DNA of 64,000 nt from a virus (lineage: Duplodnaviria; Caudoviricetes): positions 1 through 64,000 of the IMG/VR virus record IMGVR_UViG_3300012665_000962. One strand, given 5' to 3'. The translations under genes were made by a program, and so were the position numbers. The notes beneath the pieces are model-generated. The model saw only the letters and a program-made list of their open reading frames with translations, was not told where the DNA came from and made no database searches. This document shows, one piece after another, positions 26,331-37,200 of this stretch. Positions within the stretch are counted from its first letter, which is position 1. Each line of letters starts with the position of its first letter.

Positions 26331-27772
26331 TGGATTTTTTCTACGACGGACAGATAAGACGATACGTTACACAGTTCATGCGTATCTTTATAGGTTTTAA
26401 TTACAAGTCGGGCGACGGCACCTTACGCCAAGTGCCTGTGCTGTACGGTGACCTTAGTAGACAAGTTGGCAGTGTTATTGCTGAAAATTCCAGCAACAAA
26501 TTACCATCTGTGCCACGTGTAGCATGTTACATCACAAGTCTAGAAATAGACAGATCAAGATTAGCTGATCCTAGCTTTGTATCAAAAGTCAATATAAGAG
26601 AAAGAGCGTTTAGTGAATATGACGAAAACGGAAAACCTCTTTATGAAAATTATCAAGGTGGTGGGTATACTGTAGAACGTTTGATGCCTACACCGTTTAA
26701 GTTGAGTATGAGAGCTGACATTTGGTCTTCAAATACAGATCAAAAGTTACAACTGTTAGAACAAATTCTAGTACTGTTTAATCCTAGCCTTGAAGTACAG
26801 ACCACAGACAACTATATTGATTGGACCAGTTTAAGTGTAATTGATTTAGTAAGTTCAACATTTAGTTCGAGAACAATACCTGCTGGTACTGAAGACGAAA
26901 TAGATATTTGTACTTTAGATTTTGAAATGCCTATATACATTAGTCCGCCTGCTAAAGTTAAAAAACTTGGTGTTATACAAAATATTATTATGAATATGTT
27001 TAATGCTGACGGAGAGTTAAGACCTGTAAATGAACTAGCATTTAATCTTGATATCACAGATGGGCCCGGTGCTAACTTATACGCATCAATAGTAACTCCT
27101 GGTCAATACGGAGTGTTGTTGGTTGCTGATAAATCAATAACAGGTGTTGACATGAATACCTATTATGTGTCTGTGTTAGATCCTAACGAAGCCATTAAAG
27201 AAATGGGTTTAGAAATGGGCATCAAACAAGGCGAACGCATAGACTGGAATAAAGTATTGTTACAATATGTAGGTTATAAAGCTGACATTAGTAGAATTAG
27301 ATTTTTACAACCAAATGGCAGCGAAATCATAGGCACATTCTCAGTCAACGAATTAGATCCAACCTACTTGGTTGTGTCATTTGATTCTGGAACATTGCCA
27401 ACTAATACACTAACTCATGTTACATCAATAATTAATCCACAGACATTTAACCCGTTAATCGCATTTGAATCTAAAGCAAATATCCCTGTAGGAACTAGAT
27501 ATTTGATCTTAGAAGACATTGGCAATGAAAATAACGCAGATGGTGCTGATGGTTGGAAAGGCGTTACCAACGTTGATCTTGTGGCAAAAGCCAACGACAT
27601 AATTGAGTGGAACGGTACAAATTGGGTAGTGTCGTTTAACTCGACAAGCATTGATACTGTTTCTTATGTTACTAATTTAAGAACTAAAATTCAATATAAG
27701 TGGGACGGAGAACAGTGGCTCAAGTCATTCGAAGGCGAGTACACTGCCGGATATTGGAGTTTTGATCTCTAA
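26330..27772 (+). CDS. Tail sheath stabiliser/terminator (T4 gp15-like) with C-terminal extension, 480 aa
   Basis: FFYD.QIRRY, VPVLYG, LPSVPR, MPTPFKL, QKLQLLEQILVLFNP; TAATG coupling. Confidence 0.75.
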   Translation: MDFFYDGQIRRYVTQFMRIFIGFNYKSGDGTLRQVPVLYGDLSRQVGSVIAENSSNKLPSVPRVACYITSLEIDRSRLADPSFVSKVNIRERAFSEYDENGKPLYENYQGGGYTVERLMPTPFKLSMRADIWSSNTDQKLQLLEQILVLFNPSLEVQTTDNYIDWTSLSVIDLVSSTFSSRTIPAGTEDEIDICTLDFEMPIYISPPAKVKKLGVIQNIIMNMFNADGELRPVNELAFNLDITDGPGANLYASIVTPGQYGVLLVADKSITGVDMNTYYVSVLDPNEAIKEMGLEMGIKQGERIDWNKVLLQYVGYKADISRIRFLQPNGSEIIGTFSVNELDPTYLVVSFDSGTLPTNTLTHVTSIINPQTFNPLIAFESKANIPVGTRYLILEDIGNENNADGADGWKGVTNVDLVAKANDIIEWNGTNWVVSFNSTSIDTVSYVTNLRTKIQYKWDGEQWLKSFEGEYTAGYWSFDL

Positions 27773-27778
27773 GGTTGA

Positions 27779-27784
27779 TACATA
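27779..27784 (+). promoter_or_regulatory. Late promoter variant TACATA, 5 nt before ATG 27790
   Basis: gaTACATAttagcATG. Confidence 0.5.
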
Positions 27785-27789
27785 TTAGC

Positions 27790-28176
27790 ATGCAGAAACA
27801 TGCCGGTATACTTTTTATTTCAAAAAAATCTTCTAGGATTTTCCTTCTTTTGAATGACGGAAAATGGATTGTGCCTACATTTATTCGGTCGCAGTCTGTT
27901 ATAGAAGATGCTACTCCAGTTATCAAATCATATTGCGATAAAGAATCAAAATTAATCCCAATTGAATTGTATCTAAGTCAAGACCAAGGGTTTGAATTTT
28001 CTACATATATCTGTTTAATTGATGACGATTTTACGGCTAGCAACGATGCTTCTTATTGTTGGGCTGCGTTAACTAACCTTCCAAAAAATCTACATAGCGG
28101 GTTGAAGTCGACACTGGCAAATAAAATAATTCAAACTAAAATAAACACAATATTATTAATGGGGAAAGACCTATGA
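27790..28176 (+). CDS. NUDIX-fold-like protein with degenerate Nudix box
   Basis: AGILF.S....RIFLLL..GKW.VP and Y.W...NLPKNLH.GL resemble NUDIX flanks, but GX5EX7REUXEEXGU is absent; start moved from TTG 27775. Confidence 0.45.
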   Translation: MQKHAGILFISKKSSRIFLLLNDGKWIVPTFIRSQSVIEDATPVIKSYCDKESKLIPIELYLSQDQGFEFSTYICLIDDDFTASNDASYCWAALTNLPKNLHSGLKSTLANKIIQTKINTILLMGKDL

Positions 28177-28430
28177 CATTCTTAACTATTAAAAATAATG
28201 CTCAGTTTAAAAAAGATTTTGATCGATTTAAAGAAGTTATAGATCAATTAGACGGTGACAAAAAAGCTCAAGCTGAAAAACTTTTTCGTCGATTTACAGA
28301 TGCTGTAAAAAGAATTGACGACACGTTGGAAAACGTTGCTTGGGCTCCAATTAATTATTCTTTTCATGTTGACGCCCGAGCCGAACTCAACAAACTTAGA
28401 GTCGATCTAGAAAATCTTTTACCGAAATAA
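28173..28430 (+). CDS. Hypothetical helical protein, 85 aa
   Basis: ATGA overlap with upstream gene; convergent overlap with hldD. Confidence 0.6.
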   Translation: MTFLTIKNNAQFKKDFDRFKEVIDQLDGDKKAQAEKLFRRFTDAVKRIDDTLENVAWAPINYSFHVDARAELNKLRVDLENLLPK

Positions 28431-29268
28431 ATTGGTAATTCCCAATTACTGATTTTAATTTTTCTATATCAGCACAGGTGTATGTTTGATACTGACCTTC
28501 CAATTCAGCAGGAAATTCAATTTCTTTTATTGAAGCATTATATTTTTTAGCAACAAGATCGGCTACATCCTTAAAAGAAATAACTGTGCCTGTACCTAAA
28601 TTGAATATACCGCTGTGCCAATGACCTACTGACAATTTAATATTAACAATATCTTCAACACAGACAAAGTCTCTTAGAAAATTCTCACTGTCTTTGAATA
28701 CAAATACAGTTCCTTCTATCTGAGCCTGTTGAGAAAACTTGTGTATAGGACTTGCCTGCGATCCTTTTTGTTGTTCGCCACTACCGTATACATTAAAATA
28801 TCTCCAGCCTTGTAACTTAGCTCTGGGATTTTCTAATAGCTTAATAGCTGTGTAGTAATCTATATCGGCTTTGCTTTGTGCGTACAGCGATCTAGGATCA
28901 AGAGGTTGATTTTCTTTAAACACTGGCCCTGCTCCATACACACTAGCAGAGCTAGCATATGATAAAAGAAAATCATGTTCAATTGCCTTATCTATAAGAA
29001 AAACTGTAGGATTTTTATTTTTTCTTTGTATTAGATTTTTATCACGTTCTGTTGTACTAGATATTGCGCCTTCGTGATAAACAACTTCAACTTTATTCCA
29101 CTCGTTAAATTTGTCATAGAACTCGTCAATGGTAAGCCATTTAGCATAAGACAACTCTGTATTAGCACGAGCATTGTCAACACAGATAATGTCAGTACGA
29201 CCTAGTTTGTTTAGGCCATGGACTATATTAGATCCTATAAATCCTGCTGCGCCAGTGACTACAATCAT
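28396..29268 (-). CDS. hldD: ADP-L-glycero-D-manno-heptose 6-epimerase
   Basis: VTGAAGFIGSNI, HEGAISSTTE, YASSASVYG, YAQSK, RYFNVYG, RDFVCVED, YQTYTCAD; start moved to ATG 29268 (ATGA overlap). Confidence 0.85.
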   Translation of the reverse strand: MIVVTGAAGFIGSNIVHGLNKLGRTDIICVDNARANTELSYAKWLTIDEFYDKFNEWNKVEVVYHEGAISSTTERDKNLIQRKNKNPTVFLIDKAIEHDFLLSYASSASVYGAGPVFKENQPLDPRSLYAQSKADIDYYTAIKLLENPRAKLQGWRYFNVYGSGEQQKGSQASPIHKFSQQAQIEGTVFVFKDSENFLRDFVCVEDIVNIKLSVGHWHSGIFNLGTGTVISFKDVADLVAKKYNASIKEIEFPAELEGQYQTYTCADIEKLKSVIGNYQFISVKDFLDRL

Positions 29269-29756
29269 CCTAGTGTCTTCTCCAGCCAAGTTTTACAATT
29301 AGGCCAATCTCTATAAATGTGTGCCTGACCACCAGCTTGGATCCATTCCTCGCAATTTGAGGTTCTGTCGTCGATTAAAATGTCACCTGCGTTACGGCAG
29401 TGCATGTGTTTTTCATAACTGTAAGGGCCAAGAAATACTGGAATGTGTGGAAAATTTTCAAATGCCCAAAATACTTTATCCTGTGGAGCCCACGGCATGT
29501 CATTGCCTTTGGGAATAGCACTTAAAAAATACAATCCACAGTTTGTTTTTGTTTTGTAATCAGTAACCCATTCTACTAGTTCGTGGGCTCCTTCCTTTAT
29601 TGGCAGCTTACTATACATTCGTTGATCATCTTTAAGTCTGCGCCAAGTTGTTTCGGGCAGCATATCGCCATCTTTAAACAACGGTTCTTTAAGGTATGCT
29701 CTAGCATATCCAAACCAGTCAGCTACTACATCGTCCATGTCTAGGTAAATGTTCAT
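29265..29756 (-). CDS. HAD phosphatase, 5'(3')-deoxyribonucleotidase-like, 163 aa
   Basis: IYLDMDDVVADW motif I, QDKVFW, ILIDDR motif IV. Confidence 0.8.
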   Translation of the reverse strand: MNIYLDMDDVVADWFGYARAYLKEPLFKDGDMLPETTWRRLKDDQRMYSKLPIKEGAHELVEWVTDYKTKTNCGLYFLSAIPKGNDMPWAPQDKVFWAFENFPHIPVFLGPYSYEKHMHCRNAGDILIDDRTSNCEEWIQAGGQAHIYRDWPNCKTWLEKTLG

Positions 29757-30151
29757 GACAGCGTACCTTCACCGTCTGGTGGTAACACTACCTGACTGTC
29801 ACCAGGAATAATTCTGTAATTGTCTTCAACAGAATCTGCGGTACTCACTTCAAAAATCATTGCGTTCGGTGTCAATGCTTCTAGTTGGTGTGGTTGTAAT
29901 GGAGCATTATGCCAAGTGTCACCGGTGTTGAGTTCTTTTTCAAAAAGAATTGCGTTGCTGGTATCTATCCATCTAACTTTAAACTTTCCAGTATTAACAA
30001 ACCAAGTTTCTACTTTGTTTTTGTGAAAGTGCATGCTAAACTTGGCACCTACTTTTGTGAAGCATAAAATTTTTCCTGTATAATGCTCGTTGGTGGCAAA
30101 TATTAATTCGTAGCCCCACCCTTTTTCTTGATAACCTTGTAATTGTGTCAT
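29753..30151 (-). CDS. Cupin sugar isomerase-like protein
   Basis: EKGWGYE, FSMHFH..K.ETW, P.QPHQLEA, FEVST.DS.EDNYR..PGD; start moved to ATG 30151 (ATGA overlap). Confidence 0.75.
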   Translation of the reverse strand: MTQLQGYQEKGWGYELIFATNEHYTGKILCFTKVGAKFSMHFHKNKVETWFVNTGKFKVRWIDTSNAILFEKELNTGDTWHNAPLQPHQLEALTPNAMIFEVSTADSVEDNYRIIPGDSQVVLPPDGEGTLS

Positions 30152-30897
30152 TTTATTTCCTTTAAATTTGGAGCATAACAACCTACGTGTTGTACTGTTA
30201 TTGACGCAGCTTTGTTAGAAAAATCTACAGCAGATGTAATTTGTTTTGTTTCTAGATACATATACGCCAACGCAGCTAGAAATGTGTCTCCAGCTCCAGT
30301 AACATCTACTACTTCTACCGCAGGAGCAGAAGAAGAAAATTCATGATGTGGTATTACTGCGCCTTTAGCACCTTTGGTAACTATTAATCCTGTGCACTCA
30401 GATTTAATTTTGCTGTATTCTAATTCATTAATTTTAACCCAAGCACCTTGAAGTCGTTCTAGATCTGTTTTCTTTGTGTCAACAAACACAGGAATTCTAG
30501 TAGCAATAGCTTCTTCAATAATATCGTAAGACACTGTGCCTTTATCGTAGTCGCTGATAACAATAGCATCATAGACTTTAGGTATTGCTGTTTCAAACTC
30601 AATAGGCTGTGAAACAACATCATTGTCTATTCTAACAATCTGTTGCTTACTGCGAATATCTACCAGTCTAGTCTTTGTACTAGTTTCTCCATGTAGGTAG
30701 TTTACGTCACAGCCTAGTGCTTCTAAATTACAAGCAACATTACCAGCCATACCCGGACTGTGTTCTTCGTGGCTAAACTTAAACACTGGCACAGGTGCTT
30801 CCGGACTGATTCTATCTACGGTGCCGTATTGATATATGTCAAGGCAGTTGTCACCGATCAATAATATCTTGAATTTTTTCTGTTGTTGAATATCCAT
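30148..30897 (-). CDS. HldE/RfaE kinase domain (PfkB family), heptose-7-phosphate kinase-like
   Basis: IGD..LD.Y.YG.V.RISPEAPVPV, GMAGNVA.NL, TKTR, VISDY.KG, DVTGAGDTF; start taken at ATG 30897. Confidence 0.85.
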   Translation of the reverse strand: MDIQQQKKFKILLIGDNCLDIYQYGTVDRISPEAPVPVFKFSHEEHSPGMAGNVACNLEALGCDVNYLHGETSTKTRLVDIRSKQQIVRIDNDVVSQPIEFETAIPKVYDAIVISDYDKGTVSYDIIEEAIATRIPVFVDTKKTDLERLQGAWVKINELEYSKIKSECTGLIVTKGAKGAVIPHHEFSSSAPAVEVVDVTGAGDTFLAALAYMYLETKQITSAVDFSNKAASITVQHVGCYAPNLKEIK

Positions 30898-31243
30898 TGA
30901 TTCTTTCAAAAAATACTAATTGCTTACTAACATGTGCGCCTACAATAGGCTTTCCTTGATAGTCGCTGCCTTTAACCATAATATCCGAATTGGCAATAAG
31001 ATCAACAAGTTCTTGTTCTGTATCAAAAACTACCACATTGTCAACTGATCGTAGATGCTGTAACATTGCTACTCGTTCTTGTTGATTGTTTATTGGGCGA
31101 GTTGGGCCTTTGAGTCTGGCTACTCTAGAGTCAGAGTCGATGCCAACAGTGAGATGGTCACCTAAACTGCGAGCATATTTCAGCAGTTCTAAGTGTCCAA
31201 TATGTAAAATATCAAAGGTGCCGTTAACAAATATTCGGGTCAT
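30851..31243 (-). CDS. HldE/RfaE nucleotidyltransferase domain (heptose-1-P adenylyltransferase-like), 130 aa
   Basis: NGTFDILHIGH, VGIDSD.RV..LKGPTRPIN...ER, VKGSDY, GYSTT. Confidence 0.85.
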   Translation of the reverse strand: MTRIFVNGTFDILHIGHLELLKYARSLGDHLTVGIDSDSRVARLKGPTRPINNQQERVAMLQHLRSVDNVVVFDTEQELVDLIANSDIMVKGSDYQGKPIVGAHVSKQLVFFERINGYSTTEKIQDIIDR

Positions 31244-31248
31244 ACTAT

Positions 31249-31278
31249 ATTTTATACGGTATGACCCTAAGATGTCAA
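31249..31278 (-). promoter_or_regulatory. Sigma70-type promoter for the heptose operon, likely leaderless
   Basis: minus TTGACA-16 nt-TATAAA or 18 nt-TAAAAT, then 5 nt to ATG 31243 with no SD. Confidence 0.65.
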
Positions 31279-31282
31279 CAGT

Positions 31283-34200
31283 TTAGGCTTGAGCTTCAGA
31301 CCAACGTAAAATAATATTTGCCGGAACTGCTGTTCCTGAAACTTTATACACGTTAATGGCCAAAACGTCAGGGCCATTTGGGAATGTGCCACGACCACCA
31401 AGTGCGGTAGTTGTCAATTCTTTTAAACTACTTAAACTCAGTGCGTCTGTAGATCCTGGATTGGTAATAAACGAAAATATAGTTTCACCTGGTAACGCAA
31501 ATGGTGGTAAACCAAATTGGAATTGTACAGTATTCCCGCCTGCTATAACCGCGTTTGTTGTCTGTGTAAATGTCACAGTATAATACGTGGTGCTGGCAAA
31601 CGTTTGTAAAGTGCTTACTGATTGTACACGAGTACCAGCTGGAAACTTAGTTTCTGTTGTGGCAATTTCAGTGTTTGACGATGCTCCTGACGCTTCCCAA
31701 CTTGCTTGTGTAAAGTAAATTGTAGAAGTGTTAGCTGTAGATTGTGCCAACGAAAACGTAATATTATTGGTGTTGTTGACCGCAGATGTTGATGCTCTAC
31801 TAAACGACAGAGTGTAATACAATGTTGTGTTAAACGTTACAGTGCCACTAGCAGAAACTAGAGCAGTATTTCCTGCGTTGAAAGTCACAGCATAATAGCT
31901 AGTTCCGGCAAATGTTCTTAGTGCGCTCACAGAGCTAATTTGAGTTCCTCCGCCAAACTTACCATCGTTAGTTGTTTGCCCCGCAATGATGTCAACTGGA
32001 AGAGCTGCCCAACTTGCCTGTTGGAAGAAATGTATGGTATTTCCTATTGCTCTATTACCAGCAAATCTAAAAGAATTAAACTCGTTATTATTACTAAATC
32101 TTAGTGTAGCAGTACTAAAAGAAACAGTATAATAGCCGCCGGTTGGACCGGATACGGCTGTTACATATGTACCGTCAACAAATAAACTAGTATCATTGGT
32201 GAAAATATCTGTAGCAATTGTAGAACCTTGTAAAGTTGCCCAACTTGCTTGATAATAATACAACACAAAACTTCCAGAGTTTACATTAAATACCCGCTGT
32301 GTTGAAGATGACAGTTGCGGCAACGTTGTTGCTGTAGGTGTTGGACTAAATGCTCTATTAGTTACCGTGGTTCCTGATGGAAATTTAGCATCAGACACTG
32401 TTTGTCCTACTACCGCGCCAATACTATCCCAGCTAGTTCTTGTAACATATGCTATAGATGTTCCTGAGCCTCTATTAAAAGCAGCACCTGTTGGCACAGT
32501 TGCGTTACCAGTTACGGTGTTAAGAGCAGTGGCTGTGGTAAATGTATACGATCCGCCACCGGCCCAGTTAACAGATCCGCCCGGAGCAATTTGAGCAAAA
32601 CTTGGTTGGCCTCCTTGAGCTAGTCCACTTAATCTACCCCAGGTAATATCGCCTGGGTTTAAAGGATAATTTTGTGGGTTTAATACACCCTCAACAACAA
32701 TTCCACCTGTGCCGGTGTCTGACGCAATAGAAATTTCGTTAAGCAATAATTGAGCTCTGTTTAACAGTTCTCTTTCACCAAGGTCTCCAACTACTGCGTT
32801 TGAAACAGACGGTGCTAGTCGAATTAAAAACACTGTTCTCTTTGTGGTAGAAATTGAGTTACCAGTTGAAGTGTAACTGAACAGATATCCACGGTCTTCG
32901 TCAAATCTTCCGTCAGTTAAAAACGCACTACCCCAGTGGCTAATCAACGGTGTTGTAGTATTTGTTAATAAAATAACTCCGGTTTTTTGAGTGTGGCTAG
33001 TAGCAATACCTGCTCTGTAACTTCTTAATGCGCCCGATTGAAAATTACTTAATTGAGAGCTTCTTACTGCTCCAGTTAATGATGTAGATGTTTTTCCTGT
33101 ATACGATATAAGTTCGTTATCTACATACACTACACCCGAGTCTGGAAAAAATTCAGTCGATTCTAAAGGAACTGTTGTTACTGTTGATGAAATATCGCTA
33201 GTAAGTCTTGATACAGCACCGTAGTTGGCAACTTCATATCTCACTGGCAAGTTACCAGTACGCATGAACGCTTCCGAATTAACGTTGGAATTTCTCATAC
33301 GATGAGCAAACACAAAATTACCGTCACTGCCACGCAGCATAAAATCAATAAATCCAGCACCATACCATGTATATTGAATGCCGATCATCTGCATCTTTGT
33401 GATATCAACTTTGTAGCCACTGGGCCCGGTACCGTCTAATCGATCTCGATTAAACTCGCGTTGCGGTACTCGTTTGTCTGTGACCAAACATATTTTACTG
33501 CCTGTTACTGTGCTTACTCCACGGAAATCTGGGTTAACAGTTATAGAGGTATCTGATGCTACTGTAGTGATCACATGAGTCATACCTTTGACTACCACAA
33601 AGTCGCCAGCTTTAAGTTGATCTAAGAAACGACTGTTTGTTCCTACGATTGTGTTACTGCCCGGAACAGCAGTGATTGTACCAGCTAGCTGTTTGGTTGA
33701 TGAGCGTTGTACTACTGCTAGTTCGTCGCCGTTATATTCCCAAAACATACCGTTCTGATCATCAAATGCTCCTGCCCTTACTACCGCGCCCTTCCAATTT
33801 AATGTAGATACTTGGCAACTAAATCCTAATGTTGGGATTTTTGATCCTAATCTTCTTAGCGCAGTTACTCTAAATACTCGCTCGCTGACAACTTCAGTAA
33901 CTGTGTAGTCTTCATCTGGATAGTATTCAGTGTTACTGTCGTATCCTGGCGTCACAACACCAGTAATTCTTACCTTTGCGCCAGTTTGGAAACCGTGGTC
34001 GTTTTCGTCTAATGTAATAGTAATTACTGAACCGACTTCAACACCTTCGGCAACAATATTTTGTATATCGTAACTTGGAGCAAATAACGCACCAGTAGTA
34101 TACATAATACCTTTACCAGACTGGTAACGAATATATTTTTTACTTTGACGTACTGCTTGAACCCCATGTTGCGGACCACCTGTGCCCAATTGTACTCCGC

Positions 34201-37200
34201 CGTCAAATGGTCGATGTGTAAAGAATGAATCTGGTCTTGCGTAAATTCTTCCTGTGATTGTTCCTGATATTGTACCAGCTGCTCTAGCCTGATAACTCAA
34301 AGACGTAGCAGTTGGTATAGATGTTGCTGTGTACGAACCGCCAGCTAGTGTATGATTGTTGATACCGTTATCTGATGTTGGAACTACAATAAATGCTCCA
34401 CCTGGTGGTATTCCGTGTGCTGCTAAAAAGTCTACTCGAATAGTAGCTAGGGCAGCAAACGCCAATGATGTAGATTGCGGTATTACTGCTGTGGTGAATT
34501 CACTGACTGTAATTGAAGAATATAACGCAAAAGTAAATCCAGCAGACGCAGTATGTGTACCTATAGTAACAGGATCTACGATAGCACCAGTTAACACTGT
34601 GCCAACAGTTATTTCGACATCATTGGCTGGAGTTGCTCCGCCAAGCGATGCTCCGCTGAGTAATATTTTATTACCGGCTCGATAATTTGTACCACCATTA
34701 CTGACTGTGATTGCGCTGTATGCGCCTCCTGACCTAGTAACAGTAAATTCTGCCGATGTGCCTAGTGCTTGAACATTTGTTACTGGCACGTTAGTATATG
34801 TAATTTGAAATGCGCCTGTTCCTGTTACACCAACTTCGGTAATCGCACCCGATATATTACTAGCAGTTCCCGAGGTTGTGAATGTAGATATGCCACCAGT
34901 GATAGTTGTAGAACCTATGGTAATTGTTAAATCATTGGCAGGCGATGCTCCGCCAAGCTGTGTACCAAATATTGTCAGTGCTTCGGAGTTAATATATCCC
35001 GAACCCGGATTAGTTAATGTAACTGAATATGTAGTACCATCTCTTGATATTGAAAATACAGCAGCACTACCTGCTCCGGTTGTAGAGTCTTGGATTATGC
35101 TGGTATAAGAATTTGCTACCGTTGACACAGTTATAGTGACATTGTTCGCAGGACTTGCGCCAAAAGTAAACACAGTTCCAGGAACTGTAAAAGTTTCACC
35201 GTTTGAATAATTTGAACCTGCGGTGGTTACACCAGCAGTATACGCACCACCTGCTCGTGTTACTTGGAATACAGCACCAGTGCCTGCGGCTGATGTAGTA
35301 TAGACTGAGCTGTCAACGCCTGTTACTGTTTGATTAGCCACAGGGTTTGCTACACCTTCAACAATAGCAACACCTACTATAGATCCGCCGCCGCCAATTG
35401 CTTCAACGTTTAAATAAAGGTCATTGGCTGTGCTGGCGCCGCCAAGAGCAGTGCCTAATATTTTAAAAGTATCACCTACGGCATAGCCAGTGCCTGGTGT
35501 ATTAAGAACTACTGACGCATATGTAGTTGTATTGTCTCTTGTAACATCAAATGATGCGCTGCTGCCTGAGCCTACAACATTAGTCCCAGATATGCCACTG
35601 TATGTAACAGTATTTCCTTTAATATTTGCAGCCAACGGTCTTGATAATGTAAGATCTAGGCCGTTAATTTCTGTAACAAACGTTGCTGTACCAGCACCAT
35701 CGCTGACACCAAAACCAACTTGAATACTGCTTGTACTGGACACAGTTACTACTGTTGTGCCTATTGGATAATCAGTGGTTAACAAAGGTGTTACAACTAC
35801 ACCACCAGTGCCTAATATTGAAGTTACCTGTGAGCCAGTCGCTATACCCGAACCTGTTATTGGTGCTCCTAGTTCCGGGGCGGTACCTGTAAATGCTATT
35901 CTGTTAGAGCTGGTAGCTATGTTCAAGGCTGCGGACAATGTTCCACTAGTACCGTTACTGGTTACAGTAAACACAGGAGTTCCAATTTCAGCACCTGTAT
36001 AAAATCCGCCTTGTCTAACTTGAGCAAATGTAGTGGTTAACTCGGTAGGATTTGCAGTTCCTACTCTTGCTTTAGCATAGTACGAGAATGATCTATTTGT
36101 GGGAACTGCTGTTATAACAAAAGAGCCTTCTGCTCTTGATACACTGGCTATTGCCTGTGTTAGACCCCTAACAGTAATAGGAGTTCCTACACTGAAACCG
36201 TGTGCTGAATTAGTTGTAACAGTGATTAATGAGCCACCAACGCCGCTGGTGCCTGCTGAAGCATCTGTTGAAATACTAAGTACATCTTGGTCAGTTCCGG
36301 GAATTTCATATATACTTGGATAGCCGCGGGCTACAGCAATTGCTTGCCATTTAGTTGGTTGAAGACCGTACTCAAAGTCAGCGTCCAACATACTTTGTGG
36401 TGGAGCTACACGTTGACGTTCAATGGCGTCAGTGCCAAAATCATAAGGTCTTACTATCTGTTCTGAATTTTCAACAAAAATTTGTATGTCATCATTACTG
36501 GACATAGATGACGTGTCGTAGTTAAGTTTGATTGAAGTAACGCCGTCAGTTGTTTGTAAAAATTTAACAAAATCATCATCTTCAAAATCTTCTACTTCGA
36601 CTGTTCCACCAGTTTCATTATTACTAAAATTGTAGATAATCTTATTTGTTGTGGTGTTAGTAATTAATAAAAAGTCATCAGAACTGTATCTGCCTTGAAT
36701 TTTAAGGCGGCCATATGTACTAGCCGTTGGAGCAGCTAACACACTAAGTCCTCCGGGAATCAATGTTAGTAAAATATTTGACAATTCAACTATTTTTGCT
36801 GCCGCACCTGTTTCTGGTGTAGCACCAGTTGTTACTACTTGAGGTGTTAGGATCTGGTATGGTACAGTTCTATATGATATTGCCGGCAGTGAGCCAGTTC
36901 CATTTAATAGTAAATTAATCAACACATTAGACAATGTGGTAATTCTTGAAGTAGCACCACTTTCGGCTGATGGTGAAGTTGTTATTTGCGGATATACATT
37001 TTGAAAAGAAGGAGCAGCTACACGAGGTAATATGTAGTTGTTAATAGTGTTTCTTAAAAATGTATGAGCATACGCTTCCGGGTATCGGTCACCGTCAACT
37101 TGTATTTCATTGCCGTAATAGTATTTTGTAGTAACTCGATAAGTTTCTTCGTTACCATTATATTGTAAATCGTAGATATACGCATCTATTACATAACCAG

